From contig OZ320320.1 in the NCBI GenBank assembly GCA_976226885.1, positions 52,948,001-53,012,000 of the forward strand: a stretch of DNA of 64,000 nucleotides, given 5' to 3'. The translations under genes were made by a program, and so were the position numbers. Below, one piece after another: positions 51,501 through 62,160 of the stretch (its first letter is position 1; every line of letters starts with the position of its first letter). The notes under the pieces were generated by a model. It was not told the DNA's origin. It searched no databases and saw nothing but the letters and a program-made list of their open reading frames with translations. This DNA comes from Iphione sp. A-MEVVRFRX5 (Eukaryota).

Positions 51501-52244
51501 TTATGAAGGCCTTGGGTCAGGTACACCAGGGATAGACATTTTTTTGGCAAAAGCTTGCAAAAAGATAGCAATGGACCTTGTCCATACAGCACTCGTTTCA
51601 TTAGTCGGGCGCACCCCATCAACCCCTAAAAATTTCCCCCAGGTAGAGATATTAATATCATTACCCATACCAATACTGTTCACTGGCAGATCTAAACTTG
51701 GTGGCGGAATACCAAATTGCAGTGCTAACATTTTACAGAAGCTGTTGTGGGCGGCAATCATAGCGTTCACAATGACTTGTTCATCAGGATCAATAATGTC
51801 AGGTTCGAGTCTGCTCAGCAAAATGCCCGACATTGGACAGCATACAAGATGTGGACCCATGTTGAAAGGCTCCATGATCCAGTCCTTCAGTTTGCCAATG
51901 TAGGTAGATAAACATTCCAGGTAAAGCATTGGGCTCCTGAATCGTGGGGTCCATTGGCTGGCCTCTTTCCTCAGGATTTCTTGTAGACTAATGGCTATCA
52001 CTACTATGTCATAATTTGTAACATCAATGTACATGCGTTGACGCCACAGTTTCTTATAAGAAGCCTTGTTTATCTGCATGACGGGAATTGTTAAGGGCGG
52101 CAGTTCTGCATTTGCCAAGTCCTCCACCGTACTTGTCATTCTGCTGTCAATCACCAGTAAGACCCTCGGTCTGAAGCAGCTGCAAACATTGTGACCGCTG
52201 ATGATTGACCACTCTGCAAAAACATATGCAAGCACATGTAGCAT
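51501..52244 (-). CDS. LINE-borne SGNH/GDSL esterase-like ORF with degenerate catalytic blocks
   Basis: VLLVIDSR (block I GDS-like), YDIVVIAISLQE (block III strand), GVDGVRP (block V DGxHP-like) followed by a helix. Open 247 codons; a possible acceptor at 52171 means the true start is uncertain. Confidence 0.6.
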   Translation of the reverse strand: MLHVLAYVFAEWSIISGHNVCSCFRPRVLLVIDSRMTSTVEDLANAELPPLTIPVMQINKASYKKLWRQRMYIDVTNYDIVVIAISLQEILRKEASQWTPRFRSPMLYLECLSTYIGKLKDWIMEPFNMGPHLVCCPMSGILLSRLEPDIIDPDEQVIVNAMIAAHNSFCKMLALQFGIPPPSLDLPVNSIGMGNDINISTWGKFLGVDGVRPTNETSAVWTRSIAIFLQAFAKKMSIPGVPDPRPS

Positions 52245-52507
52245 AACAAAATATAGTCAGCCGTACCTATTAGCAAGCAATCAAAACTCCACATGATAAC
52301 AGTATTCTGATGGTAGTCTAATTTGTTGTTCAAAAGGCATTTACAAACTGTTGTACTGGCTATCCTTACATCAACTGATTGTATGCCCACAAGAGCTCCA
52401 AAAATTGCTCCACTATTACAGCAAAAAAGTTTATCCAGGATACCATGATAACAAACTGAGCAGTTTGAAACATAGAACCACACTGTGATTAATTCAGCAG
52501 AGTTCGT

Positions 52508-54130
52508 TTAAGCATTTTCATTTAGTAAAGCATCACAAAGTCGCATCGGCACAGTTCCTATCAGGTTACGACTGGTTAGAACAGCCAGCTCCGACCATTC
52601 ATCATCTAACCTGACACCAGCTCCCCACGATTGGTCGGCATTAGCGTAGAGTAGATGTAGATCACCAGATTTACTTAAAGCAGATGATAGAACCTCAGAA
52701 TATTGTAGTTTAGCACAATAGATATCCTCAAGAATTACCTCTGAATTCACTTCCCATTCTTGATTTGTTGGAATAGTATTTCCGATTCGTTTAGCCTCGA
52801 ACGCGCTCCTTGCTCTGCGAATGTCCTTCACCTTGCCACCACGCTCAGTGACGCGCGATTTGCAGATGTTGAATGCACTCACCACACTACAGAAACTTTC
52901 TCCCTTCCAAAGGAAAGGAGACTCCTCTAAGGGTGAGAGACCTGGTGAATCACAATTAAAAGCCAAAATGTTGCCCTCCGTCCTAGTGGCGGATGTCCCT
53001 GGCTTGATGGCATCAGGCAGAAATACCTCATCTGACGGAGAGAAGCACTCGCCATCAATATGTATGTTAACACCTTTGACAATCGCGCATTTGCCCATAC
53101 CCTTTGCAGCAGATGCTACCCGTTGTTGTCTCCTATGTTTTTCCATCGCACGCTGCGGGATATCTTCTCTGACATAAATAGCCTTCTATTTATGCATACC
53201 TGACATCCGCAATCTGTGACGGAGTAGTTGGTCCCTGACTTCCTTCGTAGTGAACACAATGCCGAGTTTGAGCTGGTTACCCAAATTACCCAGCCACAGA
53301 GTGTCGACTACGTTGTCACGTCTGATCCCAGCGACTTTCCAAGCCATCTTCAAGAGAAAAACGTGACAATCCCTTACTTCACTCTTCTTGACACCCTCAA
53401 CGACCACCTTTCTTGAACGCTCTTCAATTTCCACACGACATAGATCATCATCGAGTCTTGACGCCTTATCTTCAAGATATTTAACTTTGGCATCCAACCT
53501 ACCCACAGTGATGCTAGTTGTGTTGACGATGCGCAATGCGCTTTGCAGATTTTGGCGCAGCACAGCATTCTCACCTCTTAGATCCTTGATCTCTTCTCTC
53601 AGACCTCCAATCTCAGAGTTGTAGTGGTTCCTGAGTGCCACTAACCCCTCACATAGCGTTTCGAGTCCACCGATGTCCATCTGCCCTCCTCTGCTGTCAG
53701 TGCCACTCTGATGACAGCTGTCACTGCCATGTCTGCCTTGGCCTGCGTTGTTTCCTGGTAATGAGTCACCTCCAGGGACTGGGCCAGCTCCAGCACCACT
53801 GGCAAGCCAATCATCGCCCGAAGCATTCTGCTCCTCATCTCCCTTAGCGAGACTGTCATGGTCCCGTCTGCTGTTAGCTGCTCCCACCTCTAGGCCTGAG
53901 CTGTCAACAGTGTCAACGATGTCACTAGTTGCAGGTTAGTCTTTGTTTACGTTCTGCCCTACCGGTGCATTTTCAATGGCAACTTCATCGGTTCCCCTAT
54001 TATCACTCGGCTTTCTTGGGCCTCGGCTGGTTGATCTTCCTGAGCCCCTTGGACGACCTCTAGGACGCAGAGTTGGTGTCTCTACTCCCTCCGAGGCTTG
54101 ATTCTGTGGTTTAATCGAGTTTTTGCCCAT
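52508..54130 (-). pseudogene. LINE ORF1 (~540 codons): AT-hook, coiled coil, RRM-like domain, C-terminal NADAR domain; two in-frame stops
   Basis: The track ORFs 53936-54130, 53186-53887 and 52508-53146 are all in one frame, separated by single TAA (53936-8) and TAG (53186-8) codons. Motifs: RPRGRPR AT-hook, heptads, EERSRKVVVEGV...IYVREDIP RRM-like signature, NADAR motifs at ~52520-52970. Confidence 0.85.
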
Positions 54131-54427
54131 TGTTGCGGCTGTGCGAGCAATCGTCCTGACCGAGCACCGTTACCGTGCAACCTCACGCTACCGCCATTAT
54201 AGTAACATTCCAGCTGCAGATTACAAATGTTTCCCATATCAAATGTTGGTATGTTTGGTAATTTTTTTAGCATGGTTTTAAAAGGCTTCACCAACTGACT
54301 CTATCTGTATGACTGACAATATTATCTGCAAAGTTCTACTCATTGTTATATATGTACGCTCATAAAAGTTGTTTGTTTTCTTTACTATTGGTATGGTAAT
54401 AAATTCCAAGACCAACATTTGTTTCAG

Positions 54428-55078
54428 AGAGCCCTGCAGAAGTCAATGTGGACAATCAAGGGTCTGCAGTGACCTCTGTAGTAGAAGAGAACCTAGATAG
54501 CAAGAAAGCTTCTGATGAGGGAAATCTACAAAGCAAAACTCAAACTAGTGGAGTCAATACAGCAGAACTTGAGAAGATACGTCAAAAGTTTGTCAAGTAT
54601 GATGTTGACAACTCAGGTTATGTAGAATTGGCTGATGTAAAAGGGCTTCTCAAATTTTTGCCAGAAGATGGACAAGTAGCTGCTTGGAATGTGAGTTTTC
54701 TTATTTTTCTAAATAGATTTTTGGGAAAATTAGCTTTTTATCTATCAAATGCTAGGCAGTTATGTCCTTAGAATATTTTGTTCTGTACATTCATAATCCA
54801 CACTATGCTGAATAAGCTCTAATACATTTCAAACTTGGTTTTAGTGAAAGAAATTTACGGGCATCAAAGAGACAACAACAAACCATGTATCATTATAATA
54901 TGTTTCATAAAATTATCATTAATTGGTATGTTCAGTATGCCACGGTCTGAAGGAGGTTCCATCAAAGACACTACATCTTTGCAGCTCTTATCAGCAGCAG
55001 ATAAGTCCGGTGATGGAAAAATTACTTGGGATGAATTCAGGCAATATTTCTTGCCTTCAAAAGAACCAAAGAGCACAG
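54428..55078 (+). CDS. Duplicated EF-hand exon pair (54428-54690, 54985-55078), copy 2
   Basis: Same four splice sites intact, frame open, 3 substitutions versus copy 1 in 357 nt (H>Q plus two synonymous). Confidence 0.75.
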
Positions 55079-55326
55079 GTAAGTTTATGTTTGGCTAATC
55101 ACATTAGCCTTTAACAAGCAGAAAGGCTGAATGACTTACTACCTTACAGACTAAAACAGTTTTTAGCGGCTTAATTGGCTTTGAGTGTGTGCACACAGGG
55201 ACAAGGTTACAACGAAAGACTAACGAACAGACCATCAGTCAACATCTTATGGTGTGGATTAACTCTTTTATTCCATCATAATGATTTTCAGTCTAGGTAG
55301 TTAACATAGGTTATCAGTCTAATTAG

Positions 55327-55791
55327 CTCTGATTTGTGGGAGAGGTGGGTTTATACTGCAAATTGGTGGGTTTATACCACAAATCAGGGGGTTTATACTT
55401 CAAAAGGGTGTCACAAAGTACTTGGAGGGGTGGAACACTTCCAAAGGGACAGTTTAGAGGTGTGGGAGAGGAGCATTACCACTTCTATCAAGCACTATAG
55501 GGACAGGCTGGAGGGGACAGTGCCTTCAAAGGGACAGCTCAGAGTTGTGGGAGAGAAGTGCTACCACATCTATCACATTTCCATACCTACTTGTTCAGTC
55601 TTAGCTACTTGTAAAATATGTCTTTAGGCCACATCTTACTGTATGACTTGTAAAACATGGCCCTAGGAATCATTCTACATGATAACCTGTATAGAGTGGC
55701 CTCAGGCCACAAAGTCTCTAATAGGGACAAGCCTCCATTAGGGACATTTTGGCTAAGAACAGAGGGTGTCCCTAATAGAGGCGTTCCACTG
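55327..55791 (-). mobile_element. One-ended DNA-element fragment flanked by a 20-bp direct repeat
   Basis: TAGGTTATCAGTCTAATTAG at 55307-55326 and 55792-55811. The right end reads as a Tc1/mariner-type MITE terminus (CAGTGGAACGCCTCTATTAGGGACA on the minus strand) abutting TA; no matching left terminus. Confidence 0.7.
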
Positions 55792-56059
55792 TAGGTTATC
55801 AGTCTAATTAGTCAACTAGACTTTTTTCTTAACAAGCCATTTCTGTGTTCGACTGATTCGTAGGTGGTTTGCGATTGCTGTTGGCGTTAATACTGTTAAT
55901 GGTCATGTGGGTACCACTGTGAACAGACAGACTGTTCCTCATATAAATGTGTGCACGACTGATTACAGTCAGTGGTAATAATTGTCTGTGGCGCCATCTT
56001 CAGAGAAAAGCCCAACTAAAAGAATACCTTGTGAAACTGCCGACGGCATGAGCGGCAGA

Positions 56060-56098
56060 CGGATAGAAAGGGCGGGAGATGGATAGAAAGGGCGGGAA
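56060..56098. repeat. 20-bp tandem duplication containing GC-box/E2F-like GGGCGGGA
   Basis: GGATAGAAAGGGCGGGA occurs twice. Confidence 0.7.
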
Positions 56099-58659
56099 CG
56101 TGGTGTCCCTCACCCCAGGAGACGAAAAGGTCGATAATCCCATGGATTATCTTCCGAGAGACAAAGGCGTGTCACCGCCCCGATTAAGACGAATTAGGCG
56201 ATAGAGTCCGCCCCAAAGGTGGCGCCCCTCTGACATTTGATGATCATGTATACACCTCTCACTTCTTCACGTGATGGACCCCCAAACAAGGGCGTGTATG
56301 ACTGATATAATTATGATCTCTAATATGATACTCTTGGACCTGCTGATGTCCTCACAGAATCTCTGTTTACAGGAGAGTATAAACATGCAATTCTGCTTTA
56401 TGTCCCTGCCATTTTTTTATTTATTTTATTTACCCAGGCTGCAAAGGCGCCAGGGCTTCAAACAGGTTACAAAACAAGAGGTACATATACTAGGTACAAT
56501 ACCAATTACATGGTGAATGTTCAATTCGTTTTAAAATAAATATGACTTGGTTATGCTACCCCAGACTTGAATCTGGGAGTAAGAGTATGATACACCATTG
56601 TACACAAAGTACCCGTACTTTGAGTTGACGTATAGATTGTGCAGTTCAAACAAATTATGAGTACGTAGCCAATACTAAGTGATAATATGAATTTTTGAGG
56701 TCCTTAGAGATCATGTGACCGCTTCTCCATGGCAACAATGTAATAGATATTCCCTCAAATTTAGTTTGCGCAGGATTAGAAACAAAATTTTCTTAGTTAA
56801 TCCAAGAAGAAAGCAATTATTTGAATTCTTTGCAGACCATCAATAGGATGAAACGCATCCCGAGTATGTAAATATACACGATTTTCTTACGGGTGGTCCT
56901 TAGACACTAAGCATGACCAACCAAGAAAATCATCACGAGAACTTCGACTTGCGCCGTACACACGTGTACACAACTAGATTGCATATAGGAATACATTGCC
57001 ATAACCTACCAGGAACCATCTATATTTGTGTGCAGTCGCATACGTACACAAACACGCAAATACATCGGTGGTGCCTGAGAGCCCCTCCCTTTCGCCCTAC
57101 CCCAGTTTCTGTGGCTGTGATAGCGACAAGACTTGAAACACCTGTTGTGGGTGTTGGCTTGTGAGATGATCAGAAGGCCCAAGGGGTGAGAGTGGAGGAA
57201 GCTGGGAAGGAAGAATAGTTAGCAAGCATAAAAATAGCGTCACTAGTGAATAAAGTAACAAAAATAACGCTTGTGGTGCTCATAAAAATAATAGACAGTT
57301 ATAGTATAAGTAGTAGTAAGAGAACTGGTAGAGGTATGAGTACAAAATGTAGTTGTACAGGTGGTGTTGATAATTATCGCAGTAGTGGAATGGGTATCAA
57401 CATAAGTCATGGTAGAAGTAATAGGAGCTGTAGATGTATTATAATGGGAATAATAACAGCTCATAGTACCAAATGAATCACTGGCACACTCACTGTCAGA
57501 AACAAACGTACCACGAGAGAGTGCTGTGAGCCCCCCCCCCCCCCCCCACTCACGCACACACATACACATACACACACACATATACACCGCCGTGTGGTAG
57601 CTCGCCTCGATCGTACCATGACCCTCCTAAACCCCCCCCCCCCCATCCGCCCTCCCCGCTACCTTTGCCGCACCTCCCTCCCTCATCCCAACACATCCAT
57701 CCCGTCACCAATCCTTCACTCAGTGCGCGTCCACCGTTGGCGGGAACGAGATGCTGCTTGCGTTCCAGCATAAATCACACCGCCCTGGAGGCTCCCTGGA
57801 GTAACAAGCATTGCCAGCGGTGTTTGGCGACAACTGCTTTCTGCTGAGCGCGCGTTTTTGGCACTCATTTTAGAACGGCTTCCCTCGCCACGTGAGAAGT
57901 CGTCGGGAATGGAAGTAGCTTCGGACTCCGGAATAGAGAAACACCCTAGAGGATACTTTCAGCTGCCTGCTCCTCCTCCTCCTGTGATATGGGAGTAGGC
58001 TAGCAGGACACAGGATAGGCAGATATGGAGAGGCTGGTATCCTTGGCGGCACTAGTGACACAGTGACTTCTGAATGTAGGACAACAGAGCCCTGGCCTCC
58101 GACGCTGGATGTATGCATGGTTAGGGAGTGGTGGATGCGTGACCAATGCGGTAGGGAGGGCCACGGTCCTTACATTTTTATCGAGAGATTAGATAGACTG
58201 ATCAATACATAGATATATAGATAGATAAAGGGAGGTGTGATTCAAGGTAAGGATCAGAGAGAGACAAATGGATAATAAGACAAGGGAATAAAGAAATAAA
58301 ATGAGTGGGGGTAATGTAAGTAGAGAAAGGCAACAAGGGTGATGTTAGAGGGATTGTGAGAACGGGAATGTGGCGTCAGAAGGCAAAGGCAGAGAAGTCA
58401 GAGGTGAAAACGAATAGATAGACAACCAGAGAGCGAAGGGAAGTCACAGGAGCAGAGTCGAGCTGAGAAAGATACTAATCGATAGACACAGCCCGAGGAG
58501 GTCTGCAGATAACAAAGTGAGAAGTGAGTGAGAAAGTAGCCATTGGCGATCCAGAGTGAAAGGTAACTGCCAGGATGCTGAGTGGGGAGGTAATCAATGG
58601 ATACAGAGTAGGAAAGTTACCATGGGGATCATGGGGATGCAAAGGAAGAATGTAGCTAA

Positions 58660-58900
58660 GGAGATGCAGAGTGAGAAGCAACTACCAAGATGCAAAGTGG
58701 GCAGTTAACAAATAAAATTCAAAGTGGGAAGGTAACCGAAGTGATGCAGTGTAAGAACATGACGGTGGAGATGCAGAGTGAGAAGTTATTATCAACATGC
58801 AGAGTGAGAAGGTAACCAAAGAGATGTTGAGTGGAAAGATAACCACTGAGATGTAGCGTGTGTGAATATATAACCAAAGTCATGCAGAGTGGGAAGGAAT
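58660..58900. repeat. Degenerate short-period repeat (GAGATGCAGAGTGAGAAGGTAACC core)
   Basis: About 7-8 diverged copies. Confidence 0.7.
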
Positions 58901-61900
58901 CAATGAGACAGATCGGGCGCTGAAGCAGCACAAACAGGTAGACGCTGCTTGGGAGTGCGCGAGAGAGACTCGTCAGAGGAGGCGAACCTATAGACAGCTA
59001 AATATAAACGTCAGTGTACAGAGCTAGATAGGTCAATAGGGTTGTCAGACCTTCGTTTATATGCTAGTAGTATAGGAAAAAGTAGCTTTACTGCTGGCTT
59101 AATTGGCATTCAAAGACAGGTTAATCACTGCGCGTTGTTGTTCTAGTATAGAAAGTGACAGACTTGTCGATTCCTAGGATGTTTCCAGGTTTGGTAGAAG
59201 ATGAATAAGGCCTAAAAAAAGTTCTGTGTTTCCGGTAACAAGGTGAAAAAATACAGGGTCGGTCAGTAGGTGACATTTTTTTTTATTTTTCAATTTTTTT
59301 AATGTAAAAGGATGCTGAAAACAACAGATGTGTATGGTAATGTTACTTATACTGATAAGATTTTAACAAAACATGCCAAATTCAATCTAAAGATTATTTG
59401 TTGCATGGATTGGCATTCTTCAGGTGTCTCTTTTATGAAGGGCAGTGCTGAACAGGCGAAAAAGCATTGGGGAATTCGCTGAGAGAATTACCTGTCTGTC
59501 TGGTTGCCACCAGAAGAAGCGTTGTTAGGTTTGATCGGTTAACTGATCCACTTCTTTTTGATTGGGATCCTGGAAACCAGCCACACTGCCTGAACAACTT
59601 CCATCTGAAAAGTTTGAGATGATCTCACGTAGGTTTTGTTAAAAGTCAGAAGCGTGGTATACTTGGCTTTTGGTGTTGGAGGGACTCTGAATATACCTAT
59701 GTAAGAAGAATTTCCATACTTGACTTCAGTGATACAGGCGGAAGGGAGAGGTGACACACTGTTGGTGGTTAGATAGATGTAGGACTTTTTAGATTGAGTA
59801 TAACAAAGAGGATATAAATGTAGACTAGATGTATCAGACATAATCATAGAGCTTATATTTATTAAGGATACGTTTCAGAGATTCTAGAGTGATTACTCTG
59901 TATCTCGTATATTAGAGGAATCACCGTTTCAGTTTTGTTGTTCGATGAGCAATTGCACAGTCAAGATAACTCTACCGACGTGCGGAGACGACAGGAGTAG
60001 ATGTGAGAGTCAAGAAGTCATTTGGCGCAATGCCAAGGGTGGGGTTTACTAACGACCTGTCATACACGTGTTGCCAAGGTAACGAAAGATTACCTTTACC
60101 ATGATAGTTGATACGTGAGTAGGTAATAGAGTGGGTAGAGCGTTGCTCAAATTATGTAGTGTTTATATGCACATTATAAAATGGTAGAAATTCAGTCCAT
60201 GATGAAGCAGATTGTACGTAGAAAATAAAAAAGTGAAAAAAACTAGAGGAACGTTCTGGAGAACGTAGAGAAAATAAGAAGATCTAGAATGATTCACCAT
60301 AGGTAGAATAGAGACTAACAGAGTAATCTAAACTGTAAGTGGAATTATACATAGATTCATGTGAGTAGAATTATCTTGAGATAGAAACATCTTTTACCTT
60401 TATTGTCCCCTACCTGATAGAGAGGGGGGACCTTAGGACTGCTGCTGGCTGACTGTCTAACCGTCCTTCACACTCTTCTGTGTATTATAACTCTAAAGCC
60501 CTTCAGTCAAATGAATTGATTTTGATACAGGATACTTATATATAGACCCATGGAACTGGGTTATTTTGATAATAGTTCAAACATTATAAAGGTAAAATTA
60601 TTTCAGTTTACTTCTTTGCTAGCACACCCATAAACATACTTTGTTTAGAGATTCCTAGCTCTGACAATGTACTCATATACAGAAAGAAACACACACTCAC
60701 CAATTCCCTCTCCTACCACCACCACCATGTTACTACACAGTTGCAGTCAGGCATCAAATGGGCAGTTGATTCTGCAAACAAATACATTTAGTATGTACCT
60801 TTACAGTCAATGGGTGTTCATTACAGTGCCTAGAATGAATTCTTGTTCAGTAAGCAATCAGCTCCACTTGATTAAACAGCTTGCGGAAGAAAAGAGACCT
60901 CGCAGGTCACTTTTCTTGTATTGTCCTCATTTTGCTCCCTGTAACTTTCTGGCCTCGCTCTTTTCCAACTTGTCCATTTCATTATACCTGACTGTGTACA
61001 TGTCTCTTTACCAGTGTTTCTGTTTTCTTGCTCTTTTTCTCTGGCATGCATTTTTCCCTTTCTCTTCTCGTTCTTCTCCTTCTTCTCCTTTTCCTTCACT
61101 TTTGTCTGTCCCTATTCCCCATCTCCTCTCTTCTCCTCCTTATAGACACGACTGACGCTGCCGTTATGCTGTGAGTGGGAGATGTTGGGAAATAAATCTG
61201 TGTGGAGGTTGAACCTGGATGGGGTGAGGACTGGTTCACATGCATAACCTTCCTGCATGCGTTTACCTGTCAAGCGTGTATTTGTTGCTGCCTCAACAAG
61301 TCATGGATTATTCTGGTGGCCTGGTTATGTTCACGCATGGCACCAAGGAATTAATGTTCGGTTTATCTTTACATAGTACAGGCAGACATCGAAACAACCA
61401 GGCTGACAAGCGTCTTCTAAAGCTCATGTGAAAAATCAGTTAGCGTTGCGGAAATATGTGTTAGGATCGCGTGAGGAACTGGGCCTTAGCCTTAAGATTT
61501 ACTAGTCGCTGAGTAGCGTATCTATGTCGATTAAACTCCAATAGGGTTAGATCTGTTGTTTACCCCTCCTCCTGTTTCTCAGTGATAACCCTCACTCACT
61601 CTGTGTACCCCTCTTTTTTGCTATCCATCTTCCTCTCTCCTTTCATCTATCCAATGCATTCTACGTATCCCGTCATTACGTTTTCCTTTCATTCCCCTGC
61701 CCAATGCATATCTATAAATATATATATTATGTATTTCCGTGTCGAGGATCATGTTCCGCCATTGTTTGCTAGCCTCTACATCAGCCTGTTATTTGTGCTC
61801 TTTCCGCCTCCTGTTCTGTCCACCGCGGTCTATCTCCATACACGTGTTACGCTCCGTCATACGTGAGGCGTAGAACCGAAGCACCACTACACTCAGCGTA

Positions 61901-62108
61901 CACTTGTTGATTGATTGATAGCCCCAGCTGTCACTACCCCCTTCCCCATCTTGCTGTGTTGTATCACAAGGGGGTGTACCGTATGTGGGGAGAGTCCCTA
62001 TTGTGACGTAAAATATGATTCAGTATCCCTGTCTGTATCTTCTGAAGGGTTATTCTGTTCTCCCTTCTGACACTATGGACACCGTCCTATAGCTCACCTA
62101 CATACTCC

Positions 62109-62110
62109 CA

Positions 62111-62142
<32 letters not shown>

Positions 62143-62160
62143 CATACATACACACACACA
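62109..62160. repeat. (CATA)n/(CA)n microsatellite
   Basis: Visible tandem repeat. Confidence 0.95.

Larger units (their letters stand above)
46954..54211 (-). mobile_element. Full-length non-LTR retrotransposon, CR1/L2 group (Crack/Daphne-like; clade not resolved), three ORFs
   Basis: ~80-bp 5'UTR, ORF1, SGNH-like ORF, APE-RT ORF2 and ~580-bp 3'UTR ending AATAAAG-TTATCTATCTATC (short tandem-repeat tail). A few disabling mutations. Confidence 0.93.
54212..55889 (+). repeat. Right copy of the direct duplication (carries a 465-bp insertion)
   Basis: Starts exactly at the LINE 5' end and matches 45768-46953 apart from the insert at 55327-55791 with its 20-bp duplication. Confidence 0.97.

Noticed and set aside
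45768-55889. Haplotype misassembly as the explanation for the duplication
   Set aside because: No gap at either junction and both breakpoints coincide with the LINE ends, which collapsed or false-duplicated haplotypes would not predict. Still needs read confirmation.
56436-56480. Candidate next exon of the EF-hand gene (ttattttatttacccag| ... |gtacat)
   Set aside because: Strong acceptor but weak donor and uninformative peptide; cannot be supported.
59539-59847. ORF with IGIFRVPP, reminiscent of a LINE endonuclease YRPP motif
   Set aside because: A single weak motif; no ETWL, GDFN, SDH or RT sequence nearby.
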